Below are positions 39,937-50,176 of a stretch of 64,000 bases of DNA, in pieces (within the stretch, counting starts at the first letter, position 1; the number at the start of each line of letters is the position of its first letter). The DNA comes from a virus. The notes beneath the pieces were generated by a model. The model saw only the letters and a program-made list of their open reading frames with translations. It was not told the DNA's origin and did no database searches. The position numbers and the translations under genes were made by a program. The stretch covers positions 31,232 to 95,231 of IMG/VR virus record IMGVR_UViG_3300021960_000043; one strand, given 5' to 3'.

Positions 39937-40635
39937 TTAACTTTTCTTCTTACGTTGAATTATCACAGGTTCTTCACTTGTTATCACTTCAACAATTCTC
40001 CCTCTAAGAACTTCTCCTAAACCTTTTATTGTTTTTAGTGATTCAGAAAATGCCATCTCTTCTATAGAGCCACAGTTTTCTAATAATTTCTCTCCCATCT
40101 CTCTACCTATACCCGGTATACTCAATAACATATCTAAACGAACATCATTTGTGCTTACTCTCTTGATTGCTTTAGCACCATGCCTTGATGCTGGCTTGTG
40201 TAATTTATCATGTAGTTTAACAATAAACATGGCTGCTTCTGATGTATTTTCTGTAAAGAAAACTTGACAATCAAAATCAGACATCACTCTTGCTATTGTG
40301 CCTAATAATTCGTTTTGTACTCTTGAATAACTAACTTTCTTACCATTATTCTTTGCCATACTGATGTACTTCGCTATTGAACCATGAACCAAAAGAAAAA
40401 ATCTTTCATAGTTCATATCCATGTTTTCCAATTGCCTCCATAGATGACCGCTGTGACTAGAAAGAAACAAATCGTTTATGCTCTTTGCTTCTATACAAGC
40501 CGCCCCTGAAAGATAGTCACCAACCACTAATTGTTTTCTAAGCACAACCAAACCTTCTCTTTGTGCTCTTCTAATTACAGATTCACATAGACTACCTCTT
40601 TCGTTACTATCTATTATTAAGTCAGGTTTAGGCAT
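39937..40635 (-). CDS. XPF/ERCC4 (Hef-type) structure-specific nuclease with HhH
   Basis: IDSNE, GDY, IEAKS..DL motifs and IPGIG...IKGLG hairpins. Confidence 0.9.
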   Translation of the reverse strand: MPKPDLIIDSNERGSLCESVIRRAQREGLVVLRKQLVVGDYLSGAACIEAKSINDLFLSSHSGHLWRQLENMDMNYERFFLLVHGSIAKYISMAKNNGKKVSYSRVQNELLGTIARVMSDFDCQVFFTENTSEAAMFIVKLHDKLHKPASRHGAKAIKRVSTNDVRLDMLLSIPGIGREMGEKLLENCGSIEEMAFSESLKTIKGLGEVLRGRIVEVITSEEPVIIQRKKKS

Positions 40636-40898
40636 TATTTTTCCCTCAAGTGTTGGTGTACTTTACAGTAGTTGGTGTCTCTATATTTTCTTATTTTACA
40701 TCTTTCATTTCTACTTGTAGTGGCTAGACATCTTTCTCCTAAAGGTGGGTTTCTCATACAATCAAAACAAAGATTGGTTGTAGAATGTTTTCTTGCTGTG
40801 TGGTTTCTTCTACCAAGTTTATTACCACAAACTCTACACTTATTTACAAGCATCGCATTTCCCCCTTTTGTCATGCCCCCAATGTACTTTAGCACCAC
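40635..40898 (-). CDS. Small double Zn-finger protein
   Basis: CRVC..CFDC and C.A.T....RC.......YC.VH. Confidence 0.65.
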   Translation of the reverse strand: MVLKYIGGMTKGGNAMLVNKCRVCGNKLGRRNHTARKHSTTNLCFDCMRNPPLGERCLATTSRNERCKIRKYRDTNYCKVHQHLREK

Positions 40899-40925
40899 AC
40901 CATCTACATGATAATCTATTACGCA

Positions 40926-42023
40926 TCATATCACATCCCCTGCTGTACCATCATAGTACATACAAATACCGCTACACAAACCTTCGTTAATTAAGGTCTT
41001 ACAACTACTTAGAGAATATTTTCCATTTACTATACTACTAACTTGTGTGTGAGTTATATTTTTATTAAAATCAACCCAACCTTGCGATTCGCATATTGAA
41101 ACTATTTTTTCTATGTGTTCATTTTTCTTCTCTTGTGTTACAGTATCAGGATGAAGAAACCATCTTAATCTTGAAGATAAATAATTAACTAAATGAAATC
41201 TTGCTTTATGAATAGGATTTCCTTCACCTAATGCTGATTGAACTAAACATGGAAGCACTAACATATTCCCAAAAGAAACATCCGGCATATCTCTTTTTTC
41301 CTCTTTTTTCTTAAATACAATAACTTTCTTTTTAGGTAATTCAAGATGCAAAGGCTTTCCATTACTAACTAAATCTGTGTAACCGACTCTAGGTGTTTGT
41401 GCATCATCTAAATAATCATAATACTCTAAATTAAGTATCTCATCAGATGTTAAGGGTATACTCCAACACTTTCTCTTAAAATTATATGAGTTAGGTATAC
41501 GAATCATACCTGCGAAATCAAAAGCAACTGTGGGGTCGCAACAAGATATGTTTAATTTTTTATCCCATTCAGATATTAATTTTTTACCAGCAGTTTTTAT
41601 CCTACTTACTTCTAAACCTGAGTTTGGTAATATAGTATCTTTAATTGGAATCCAAAAATGAAAACCACCTCCTGAAAACCACACATAGTGTTTGACTTCA
41701 TTTCTAAGTAAGTGTTTGTGTAGCCTTTTTACTTGTTCATGCATGAAAGAAAAATCAACATCTCTACCCTTATTCTTAAAATCTTTACAATCAAAATCTA
41801 AAACAAAATGTCTAACTATAGGTGTGTTATAGTCCACTCTATGATGTTTAGGTGGTGTAGTACCTCTATAACCATAGGCTGTAAAGTATACATTACCCAA
41901 TCCGTTTTTTCCTTTCCAATATCTTTCTAAGTCTTGTGCGTTGTGTACAATCCTTCTGAAACCCCTTTGACCGTTCATACCTATCTCTAGAACTTCTCTA
42001 GGATAATCTAATTCTACAAACAT
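40926..42023 (-). CDS. Archaeo-eukaryotic primase, PriS catalytic domain fused to a PriL-like Fe-S domain
   Basis: LDFD, FSGGGFH, RIPNS; then LPC...H.AR..L...SC..L...GLC..IC. Confidence 0.88.
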   Translation of the reverse strand: MFVELDYPREVLEIGMNGQRGFRRIVHNAQDLERYWKGKNGLGNVYFTAYGYRGTTPPKHHRVDYNTPIVRHFVLDFDCKDFKNKGRDVDFSFMHEQVKRLHKHLLRNEVKHYVWFSGGGFHFWIPIKDTILPNSGLEVSRIKTAGKKLISEWDKKLNISCCDPTVAFDFAGMIRIPNSYNFKRKCWSIPLTSDEILNLEYYDYLDDAQTPRVGYTDLVSNGKPLHLELPKKKVIVFKKKEEKRDMPDVSFGNMLVLPCLVQSALGEGNPIHKARFHLVNYLSSRLRWFLHPDTVTQEKKNEHIEKIVSICESQGWVDFNKNITHTQVSSIVNGKYSLSSCKTLINEGLCSGICMYYDGTAGDVI

Positions 42024-42027
42024 ACAA

Positions 42028-42375
42028 TCACTTTAACATCTTTATGTATTTTTTTAAAGCCTTGTTAGCGATTACAGAAGGTGCGCTCATACCATAAAGT
42101 AAAAACTCTTTAGGATTAACTGCTACATCAAATGCATAGTAACCACCATCATACAAATCTTGTTGATAACCATTAGCAACTCTAATGTTTTCATTACCAT
42201 CCATATTTAGATAGACGTTTACTTTTGGTAATTCAGGAAAATCCTGTAGCAGACTATTGTTAGCCAACACTAATTTATCTAATTCCATTTTTGTTTTCTC
42301 TATCATTTCTTTTAACCATTTGTTATCTTGTTTATTTATTTCGCTGTTATTCAATACTATATCTTTCCATTTCAT
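42028..42375 (-). CDS. Hypothetical protein
   Basis: ATGA-coupled start MKWKD after a GGAG RBS. Confidence 0.6.
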   Translation of the reverse strand: MKWKDIVLNNSEINKQDNKWLKEMIEKTKMELDKLVLANNSLLQDFPELPKVNVYLNMDGNENIRVANGYQQDLYDGGYYAFDVAVNPKEFLLYGMSAPSVIANKALKKYIKMLK

Positions 42376-43391
42376 AATGTCATCTCCTTTATCATATTCC
42401 AACCCGGACATATATCAATGTAATCACAATAACCACAAGGCATTGTTGTGTGACGGCAATACGTTTTACAATTCTCTGTATGTACCGGAGGAAAATCATT
42501 GTTCAAATGTGCTCTAATTACTTTTTCTTGCATGGTTTTTATTGACTTAGAAGCGTATCTTGATAGTCTCTTAGTATCTTCAATGACCCAAGTTGCACCA
42601 TCACCCCCGTTCACTTGTCCGTAAGGATATTCCCAAGCCCATTGTGTAACAGGTAGATATTCTGAATAATCGGATTTAACCAACATCATTCTATAAAACT
42701 CCATTTCAAATCTCATTCCTGAATATTTGTAGGGTTTTTCTTTCCATTTACCTGTTTTTAATTCCATTACTATGAAGCCACCATGTCCATCTGAAAACAC
42801 TCGGTCTACATAACCCTTGTAATGTACAGGTACTGTTACACCATCCACTTCTATATCTTCCATAGCGTGTACTTCTAACTCATTCCCAACAGGCTGCCAT
42901 AGATTCATTGTTTTGTCAGTATGACACACTAACAATCTTAACCAATTCCATTCAAACCATTGTTCTATGACCGTACCTTCTTCATAATGAAAACCATCTT
43001 CAGGTACAGGTAAGAAATCTTCTAATAACTTCTTAGCCGTTATTTGTTTATCTTCATCTAATAACTTCTTTACTACTTCTAAAACATCTTCATTAATTTG
43101 TTTCCAAAAGTATTCAACCACATTATGCACATTTGTACCCCTCACCATAGGTATAGTTTCACCCTGTGGTATTCTAAGTACATATTGATAGTAATATTGT
43201 CTAGGACACATCTTGAAGGTAGTTAGTGTGCTCTTAGTCATCCTCAACTTCATCACGTTGTTATCATCATCTACCATACCCGGATGCCAAGCATATGTGC
43301 TCATATTGTAAGACTCTTCTAACTCTTCATTGAGATATGTGGCTTCTTCTGTAAAGCCTTTATCATTAGGATTGAACTTGTGTAAACTCAT
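42372..43391 (-). CDS. Cas4/AddB-like PD-(D/E)XK exonuclease
   Basis: CPRQYYY, RGTNVH, GYVDRV, ELKTG, CGYCDY...C. Confidence 0.88.
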   Translation of the reverse strand: MSLHKFNPNDKGFTEEATYLNEELEESYNMSTYAWHPGMVDDDNNVMKLRMTKSTLTTFKMCPRQYYYQYVLRIPQGETIPMVRGTNVHNVVEYFWKQINEDVLEVVKKLLDEDKQITAKKLLEDFLPVPEDGFHYEEGTVIEQWFEWNWLRLLVCHTDKTMNLWQPVGNELEVHAMEDIEVDGVTVPVHYKGYVDRVFSDGHGGFIVMELKTGKWKEKPYKYSGMRFEMEFYRMMLVKSDYSEYLPVTQWAWEYPYGQVNGGDGATWVIEDTKRLSRYASKSIKTMQEKVIRAHLNNDFPPVHTENCKTYCRHTTMPCGYCDYIDICPGWNMIKEMTL

Positions 43392-43783
43392 ATTTTTACC
43401 TCTTTTTGTATGTTTATCATAAAACTCTTGTCTTGGTCTAAATATTTCTTCAAATCATAAACTAATATACAATCTACAAATGAAAGTAATATGAATACAG
43501 TAAATAAAGTCCCAAAACCAAGTAATTCAGAACGTGCTTCATCTTCTAAAAACATAACATAATTTTCTCCTACATAATATCCATCATCTGATTCTACACA
43601 TATTACTAATCTTTCATCAGGACATTCATCCAACATGGCTTGATTATATTCATCAATATAATCCATAGTGTCAGCCCATCTTAAAACCAAAAGGATGCAA
43701 ATTGAAGTAACTACTACAATTGTAAAACTTACAAGAGATAACGCAGATATTTTAGTGAAAAACAGTTTATCTCTATCAGTCAT
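43388..43783 (-). CDS. Two-TM membrane protein
   Basis: Two hydrophobic segments flanking an acidic loop. Confidence 0.65.
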   Translation of the reverse strand: MTDRDKLFFTKISALSLVSFTIVVVTSICILLVLRWADTMDYIDEYNQAMLDECPDERLVICVESDDGYYVGENYVMFLEDEARSELLGFGTLFTVFILLSFVDCILVYDLKKYLDQDKSFMINIQKEVKI

Positions 43784-44115
43784 TCTTCTCCCTCCTTTGT
43801 AATTTTATTATAAAACTCCTGTGCGCTAAGAGTGTCATCTTCTTTTTGTTTAACAGAGGTAATTTTCATCAATTCATACTCTTCCTTAGATGGTATGCGA
43901 TATACCCTTTTCTTTCTTTTTGAAACTAATATCTCAATAAAGAATGCTAGTGTGAAATAAATAATTACTAAAGTGGAAATAATGATACCGTTTTGATACA
44001 ATAATTCCAAGTTAGTATTTGATTCATATCTTATTTCTAATTTGTAGGAGTTAAACACCCCTAAACCGCCAATCATAATCATCACTAAATATCTAAATAA
44101 TCTTCTATAATTCAT
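43780..44115 (-). CDS. Two-TM membrane protein
   Basis: Two hydrophobic segments followed by a basic tail. Confidence 0.65.
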   Translation of the reverse strand: MNYRRLFRYLVMIMIGGLGVFNSYKLEIRYESNTNLELLYQNGIIISTLVIIYFTLAFFIEILVSKRKKRVYRIPSKEEYELMKITSVKQKEDDTLSAQEFYNKITKEGEE

Positions 44116-44171
44116 TTTTTATTCCTCTCCTTATATTCTTTCTTTCTTCTAAAGTATTTTTTCCACTTCAT
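44112..44171 (-). CDS. 19-aa basic peptide MKWKKYFRRKKEYKERNKK
   Basis: ATGA overlaps at both ends; GGAGG RBS. Confidence 0.55.
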   Translation of the reverse strand: MKWKKYFRRKKEYKERNKK

Positions 44172-44509
44172 TCTTCTTCCTCCTGTGAAATATACTCAAC
44201 TGATGCATTACAGGAAGAACAATGTAAGTGTGTCACTATACCTTCTTCACCCATCAAATCTTCTTTATCGTGGTCTGCTTGCCAAATTAATTGACCACCG
44301 CACCACCAACAAACATCTCTTCTAAGACTTCTTTGTTTCTCTATGAGTTTTTGTAAATATACAGATAAATCCATAGCCTCCTGTTGGGCGTGGTCTAACC
44401 ATTCTGATATAGATAAATCATCCCTTTCCATAGTAGTACCATATTTGTTTTTTCCAATTTCTGCTCTTTCCATTATTTTTTTACATACTTCATCTTCTAT
44501 TTTACTCAT
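44168..44509 (-). CDS. All-alpha NTP-pyrophosphohydrolase (MazG-like) fused to a Zn ribbon
   Basis: G..KYG......WL.HAQQEAMD...Y, then CWWC...CSSC. Confidence 0.5.
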   Translation of the reverse strand: MSKIEDEVCKKIMERAEIGKNKYGTTMERDDLSISEWLDHAQQEAMDLSVYLQKLIEKQRSLRRDVCWWCGGQLIWQADHDKEDLMGEEGIVTHLHCSSCNASVEYISQEEEE

Positions 44510-44513
44510 TTTA

Positions 44514-46892
44514 TCACCAATATTTTTTGGGAGTTTTATCGCCACAGGCGTAGGGTAAATCCCAACCTAATTCTTTGTAAATTGTGTCAATTTTACTTCT
44601 AATGAACTTTTCAACACAAATTGAATAATCTACTGTGAAGTCTTTTATTTCTTCACTATCTCTAAATGCAACAGACATACTGTGAGGCATACCCTCAGGA
44701 GTTTCACTCACATATATCCATTGACCTTTTTCGCCCACACGAAAAGTTTCTGTAGGCTCTAAGTTTTCATTGTAATATATCATACCTCTAGCAGCCATAG
44801 GTGGAACACCTTGATATTGTGCTTTACCTAATCTCCCATAAGGTGCAATTTCATCTAACTCGTATTCACCTTTTCTTAACTTTAGTGATATGTTTCTTAT
44901 TTTTTCAGATACAATATCTTCATCTTCATTGACTGATACTGACCTAAAAACAATATCTTGCACTTCTTTAGTGATGGGTGATGCACTAGCAGATTTGTGT
45001 TCATACCCTGTAACTTTCAACTGATTTCTCTTATGTTCAGGCCATGTATATAGACCGAAGTTTCTATTCTTTCCCTTACCCTGTCTACCTCTCCCTATGA
45101 AAAAGTAATCGAAGTAAGCCTCAAACTCTACTTCAAGAAGTCCTCTAGTATTCAAGTCCTCATTTATTTCTTGATTGAATATTTCAACAGCCTTCTCTAC
45201 ATCTTCAAATGGAATCTGCACATAACAAGAATCTGTATGACCTGCTACTACAAGATAATCTAAACCTTCGGCCTTCACTCTTAGTGTGTCCACAGCCTTG
45301 CGACCTGTGGCTGTAATAGCAGCACCCACATCAGGGTCTGTCCACATACCCCCTATCTTTGATTGAGCAATATAACCATAGCAAGCGTTAGCATTTACTT
45401 TAGCAGCCAATTGTAACATGTCATATTTGTTTTTATCTTTTTCATTTGTGGCTTCTTTCATCAGTTTTTTGTATTCTGTTCTAACAGATAACAAATCTTC
45501 TATAACTGATGGTAGTATACCTTTCTTTGATATGTCCCAAAAAGACCCATCAGGGGCTTGTATGATACCCTCACCAGCACCTCTTCGTTTAGTTGTCGGA
45601 CATAGGTTATATGCTAAAATTATGCTTGGGTATAGTGATTTGAAATCTAATAAAGAAATATGTTCTAATAAGCCATACTTCAAAGCGAACACATTGGCAG
45701 CCTTCAGGCTATCTCTTTCTGTGTAAGTTCTGCTAGGTGATTTCAAATCAGTTTCCCTAGCAAATAAACCTCTAATGTAATTAGTAACATTATGTGTACT
45801 GCTTATCTTTACACCACATATTTGCTGCATACCCAAGAAGTAAGGTACAAAATTAACAGCCTCGCAGACTTTTCTCAATAAGGTAGTATCAACTAAACAG
45901 TAATCAACAAACAAATCAAAATGTGTACGCCACCAAGTATGCACATCGAGTTTATTCCCCTCTTCATCTTCTTGTATTTTACCTTCAAACTCTAACTCTT
46001 CTGCTATGGTCTGTAGTTTTCTATTAGGAAGGCTTCTGCCCGACTTAGCGAATAGAGTTTCAATACCACTACCTGAACTTCCCATAGCAGCACTATCTAA
46101 TATCAGCCTACCTTTTATTGGCTGCGCGGTTTCTTTGTAAAATCCTGTTTTGATGTTAGGTCTTATCACTTCACCCACAGGGCTGAGTCTATCGGGGTCA
46201 TCTAATCGTCTGATTAAATGTGGTAAATCCGCCCAACAGATAGCATGTGCTATGAGTATATCAGGGTCACATATATCTAAGTGGTTAAGAAAACCATCGT
46301 GCATTTCTTTTTCAGAACCATACATTCTTCTTTCATAGCCGCCTTCTCTTTCTATGAAATCAACCTCAACACCTTCCATACCTTGACTATCATCACTCCA
46401 TGCGAACACCACAGGGTGTTCAGCGTGAGTGTCATCAATAGCCATAACCGTAGTAAAATCTTCTTTGGTGTCCCACTCTAAATCGAAATACCATATCCGA
46501 GGGTGAAACTCAGGAATACTACGCTTCTCAGGAAATCTTTGAAAGAGTATTTGGTCGCACCACGGATGTTCCGCTTCATATGTATCTGTGATGTTTATTA
46601 TATCCCAAAGAGAGCGAGGGTTGTCAAAACTAACTTTGTATAATCTAGTGCCATTTCTACCCATCGCTTCTTCTTCATGGTGGAATCTAACACCCTCTAC
46701 TGTAGCAGCGAGTCTAGATAACCTTCTAGGGCTTGTAGCAACAGGAATCCAACAGAACGGTCTTGTATATTCTTCATCTTCAGGGTTGATGGTTGTTGTA
46801 AACAACTCCCCATTTGCATTCCTAGTTCTCATATAGATAGAAGGTGTAGCGTAATAACCATGCCCTGTAGGATATATTTCATCTATTATCAT
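44514..46892 (-). CDS. polB: Family B DNA polymerase
   Basis: DLE (ExoI), YCLVD (ExoIII), DFKSLYPS, K...NACYG, GHTDS. Confidence 0.95.
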   Translation of the reverse strand: MIIDEIYPTGHGYYATPSIYMRTRNANGELFTTTINPEDEEYTRPFCWIPVATSPRRLSRLAATVEGVRFHHEEEAMGRNGTRLYKVSFDNPRSLWDIINITDTYEAEHPWCDQILFQRFPEKRSIPEFHPRIWYFDLEWDTKEDFTTVMAIDDTHAEHPVVFAWSDDSQGMEGVEVDFIEREGGYERRMYGSEKEMHDGFLNHLDICDPDILIAHAICWADLPHLIRRLDDPDRLSPVGEVIRPNIKTGFYKETAQPIKGRLILDSAAMGSSGSGIETLFAKSGRSLPNRKLQTIAEELEFEGKIQEDEEGNKLDVHTWWRTHFDLFVDYCLVDTTLLRKVCEAVNFVPYFLGMQQICGVKISSTHNVTNYIRGLFARETDLKSPSRTYTERDSLKAANVFALKYGLLEHISLLDFKSLYPSIILAYNLCPTTKRRGAGEGIIQAPDGSFWDISKKGILPSVIEDLLSVRTEYKKLMKEATNEKDKNKYDMLQLAAKVNANACYGYIAQSKIGGMWTDPDVGAAITATGRKAVDTLRVKAEGLDYLVVAGHTDSCYVQIPFEDVEKAVEIFNQEINEDLNTRGLLEVEFEAYFDYFFIGRGRQGKGKNRNFGLYTWPEHKRNQLKVTGYEHKSASASPITKEVQDIVFRSVSVNEDEDIVSEKIRNISLKLRKGEYELDEIAPYGRLGKAQYQGVPPMAARGMIYYNENLEPTETFRVGEKGQWIYVSETPEGMPHSMSVAFRDSEEIKDFTVDYSICVEKFIRSKIDTIYKELGWDLPYACGDKTPKKYW

Positions 46893-46897
46893 GTTCA

Positions 46898-47650
46898 TCA
46901 CTCTTGGTCTATGATGAGAACAGTCTTTTCCCAATCTTCACCTTCTTGTATGATGATGAGTGGAGTACCGCTACCTAAATGGAATTGAGCCTCACCTTCA
47001 CTTAAGCATGATAAAGCGTCTAACAACCATTGTCCAAAAGAACTTGAAACAGTACCGTTACCACCTTCTGAGTTTGTGGTGTTAACATAACAGGTAAAGG
47101 ATATACCCCCTGTTTTCTTTACCTGTAATGCTAACTCATTTTCTTCTGCGTTAAACTTGATTAAGTAATCAGATTCTTTGTTCAAACCTTTGGCTACTGA
47201 AAGAGATGATACTAATTCAGTAAAATCTGCGTCAGCATGACAGTTTAACACTACCTTCCTACCAAACTTTTCCCAATTGTTTTCTTCTGACTCTACTAAT
47301 AACCTAGATAATGTTTGAGATAATTGACTACTTTTACATTCGTAAGATGGTATGCTTATGCTCTTCTTTTGATTTTGTATAACTATCTTATTACTCAACT
47401 GTGAAATTGTTACATCACCTTTAGACTTCTTCAAAAAGGCCATAGTGTTCTTCAAATCAGTAAAAGCAATTCTACCTGTATCTTTGATAGCATCACCATA
47501 TATCTTGTTATACCTCACAGCATGTGTAGAGTGTCCTACAAGGTAATCTAATTCATTTTCCGTAGCATTGATTTCTACATCTTCTATTAGACTACCAAAT
47601 GAGGAAAGAATAGAAATCCATTCCTTAGCGTCAAGCACCACTTTAACCAT
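46898..47650 (-). CDS. Putative PCNA-like sliding clamp (divergent)
   Basis: ~250 aa, two-domain alpha/beta pattern ending LG.GTPLII; adjacent to polB, with RFC nearby. Confidence 0.55.
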   Translation of the reverse strand: MVKVVLDAKEWISILSSFGSLIEDVEINATENELDYLVGHSTHAVRYNKIYGDAIKDTGRIAFTDLKNTMAFLKKSKGDVTISQLSNKIVIQNQKKSISIPSYECKSSQLSQTLSRLLVESEENNWEKFGRKVVLNCHADADFTELVSSLSVAKGLNKESDYLIKFNAEENELALQVKKTGGISFTCYVNTTNSEGGNGTVSSSFGQWLLDALSCLSEGEAQFHLGSGTPLIIIQEGEDWEKTVLIIDQE

Positions 47651-47656
47651 ACGCAA

Positions 47657-48610
47657 TCACAGAGTACCGTCATTCAATTCTTGTAGACCGTACCACTTAG
47701 GGTTTCCACCCACTTCTGTAGTCAAAATGGTTCTTCTTTGACCTTGTAAATGAGCGTTAGTCTTACTTTTCTCGTATGTTGCTGTGAATGTCTGATTAGT
47801 TAAATTACCATCATCATCGTATGTGTCATGCCTTTCAAACAGAAGTATTTGGAATACAAGACCTGCTGTGGATTTCTCCCATGCTGGTCGCCATCCTCTA
47901 ATGCTGCTTCTGTCCTCATCATCTTGCTTCGCAAGGTGTGTTTCAAGGAATACCTTTACACCTTTCTTGACAAGTCCTCTACATAATGTAGTCATCTGAT
48001 GGAATCTAGTTCTACGAATCCCCCAATCCCATTGAAACTCTACTCTTCTAGAGTCTTTACCTGAACCTCGTATGTCAGCCGCAGAAATAGCATCCTTCGC
48101 CAATCCTAAATCCTGTATACGCATGTTGTTGATACAGACTGAATCAAAACCATCAACACCTGTTATAAGTACACCCCAAAGATTCTCATGGTTGTGTACG
48201 CAGTATTGTAATAGTTTCATGGTTCTATCGTGTGTAGCAGGGTAATCAATCGCTGTTCTCTCACCTTGTGTGTACACATAAGGGTCTAAACAAACCATAC
48301 TGTCTAATTCAGGATAAAAGGCACTCTTGTTTGCTTGAGCACCACCATCGTAATCTAAACACACTAATTGTTTTGGTGTTTGTTTTTCCTTCAACATCTT
48401 TTTTACATACATATTGTAGGCTGCTGTTACAGATGCTGATTTACCTGTATTCTCATGTCCGATAAGACCAACGAAAGTGTGTCCTATGTTGTCGTTAGCA
48501 GCCGCTATCTCAGCCGCTATAGCAGCGTAAGGATTTACTCTTTCATGTGATTCTTTTTGAGCGTCTTTAGCCTCATCTTCAACTTCTTTTAATTTTCCAA
48601 ACCCACTCAT
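47657..48610 (-). CDS. RecA-superfamily ATPase (Sak4/AAA_24-like)
   Basis: GHENTGKS, LDYDGG, divergent Walker B, ETH. Confidence 0.7.
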   Translation of the reverse strand: MSGFGKLKEVEDEAKDAQKESHERVNPYAAIAAEIAAANDNIGHTFVGLIGHENTGKSASVTAAYNMYVKKMLKEKQTPKQLVCLDYDGGAQANKSAFYPELDSMVCLDPYVYTQGERTAIDYPATHDRTMKLLQYCVHNHENLWGVLITGVDGFDSVCINNMRIQDLGLAKDAISAADIRGSGKDSRRVEFQWDWGIRRTRFHQMTTLCRGLVKKGVKVFLETHLAKQDDEDRSSIRGWRPAWEKSTAGLVFQILLFERHDTYDDDGNLTNQTFTATYEKSKTNAHLQGQRRTILTTEVGGNPKWYGLQELNDGTL

Positions 48611-48822
48611 TGTGTCTCACTACCCGTTGCGTTATTTAATGTCTCAAACTCTTGAACAAGTGAGCGACCAAGCCCCATAACTGAATTAGCGTATCTCTCT
48701 AACATTTGGAGTTGAAGCGTTTGCCTCGCATGTTCAGCCTTATAAGCCGCTACCATTTCTTTCAGTTGGGTGTTTTCTGCCGTCATTTCTTCTACTTTAA
48801 TTTCTAATTCTTTCTTATTCAT
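48607..48822 (-). CDS. Small coiled-coil protein
   Basis: Heptad pattern; GGTGA RBS. Confidence 0.65.
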   Translation of the reverse strand: MNKKELEIKVEEMTAENTQLKEMVAAYKAEHARQTLQLQMLERYANSVMGLGRSLVQEFETLNNATGSETQ

Positions 48823-48826
48823 ATAA

Positions 48827-50161
48827 TCACCTGAATTGTGCTACGTCTGTGTCTCCACCGTTCACCCTTTTACGGGCCAAACGTGGATTAGCATAAACCC
48901 CTAAAACTTTCAACTTTGGACTCTCTTCTCCACCGCTTTGCATCATACCTATTCTACCAAACAGATACAACACAGTACCTTCTGCATATTCTACTAACTC
49001 ACCATCTGCATCTCTAAAAGAGAACACGTTGGTTAAATCGTGTACAGCACTACCTATGTTGCAGTACACTTCGGAACTTCTACCTACACCTTCAGCACTT
49101 TGTAGTGCTTGTGTGGAAATACTAAACGAATAACTTCTTCCATCTTCATCATATTCACTCTCTCTAGATTCTGTACTCATACGAACAATTCTCCCTTTAG
49201 TGGTTACTAATGGCCCATATGCATTACCTTGTGCTGTAACTTCTTTCTTAGTTCTAAAAGCATCTGCAAAATCTTCTAAGGGTACGAAATAATCATGAAA
49301 TTGACTTTCAACCCAATACTTTGAAGGTTGTAATAGTTTCTTTTCATCACGGTCAACAAAATCATCTGTGTATACTATAGTATCAACAAACCCTTCTCTA
49401 GTGTTTAGAATTGACTTTCTAAACTCATTTGTTTCATCTTCACTAGGTGGTGTTACTTTTATCTTACAAGGCTCACCTACTCTAATTGCTCTTTGTGTAT
49501 CGTTGTCTTTTAGGTCAACTCTCCATAAAGCCATATCACCTGTTTCTTGGAATACATCTATGTTGTGTCCTAAGAACCATGTATAACGACCCATCTCATC
49601 TCGACTGTATGCATAGCCGTTTCTTGATACAAAACAAATGTAATCATTTCCACCCACATGAATACCCATAGAAGGTGGTGCGTTACTAGGTTCGTTGGTT
49701 TCTATGAGAGAGTCTTGTGTTTTAATAAACCCATTACCATCTTTCTGTTCATAGTGTCCATTACCTGTAGCAAAGAAATCATTTGGGCTTTCTCTAAATG
49801 TTCTAATAGCCCAATTAATTAATCCAACACCTCTATTACCTACTTTGTCATCCACTCCTAAGAAGTGTCCTACCCATACAGCGGTATTACTACCCTGTGT
49901 AGTTCCTTTTCTACTTTGCACAAATATAGATTCTGTCCAATCAATTAACAAATCTTCATCTTCACTTTGCCAATCATCACAACTGAATATTTCTTTGATA
50001 CTATTAAGATAATATTCTTTCACCACTTCAAAGGTTTCTCCTGTTCTTTCAGAGTGTTTTTGTATACGCACTCTAACCTCTTCGGGTAACTGTGGTTGTG
50101 CCACAGGCATCTGCTGTTCTTTTAATCCCATAAACGGGTTATTCACATTTTCTTCATTCAT
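48827..50161 (-). CDS. Putative RPA-like ssDNA-binding protein
   Basis: C-terminal OB-like strands (KGRIVRM...EGTVLYLFGR...LKVLGVY); replisome context. Confidence 0.5.
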   Translation of the reverse strand: MNEENVNNPFMGLKEQQMPVAQPQLPEEVRVRIQKHSERTGETFEVVKEYYLNSIKEIFSCDDWQSEDEDLLIDWTESIFVQSRKGTTQGSNTAVWVGHFLGVDDKVGNRGVGLINWAIRTFRESPNDFFATGNGHYEQKDGNGFIKTQDSLIETNEPSNAPPSMGIHVGGNDYICFVSRNGYAYSRDEMGRYTWFLGHNIDVFQETGDMALWRVDLKDNDTQRAIRVGEPCKIKVTPPSEDETNEFRKSILNTREGFVDTIVYTDDFVDRDEKKLLQPSKYWVESQFHDYFVPLEDFADAFRTKKEVTAQGNAYGPLVTTKGRIVRMSTESRESEYDEDGRSYSFSISTQALQSAEGVGRSSEVYCNIGSAVHDLTNVFSFRDADGELVEYAEGTVLYLFGRIGMMQSGGEESPKLKVLGVYANPRLARKRVNGGDTDVAQFR

Positions 50162-50176
50162 GTTTTTTCCTCTTTT

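Noticed and set aside
42372-43391. Cas4-like gene as part of a CRISPR-Cas system
   Set aside because: Stand-alone in the replication module, as is common in archaeal viruses
44112-44171. Calling the basic peptide ribosomal protein eL41
   Set aside because: Similarity is compositional only
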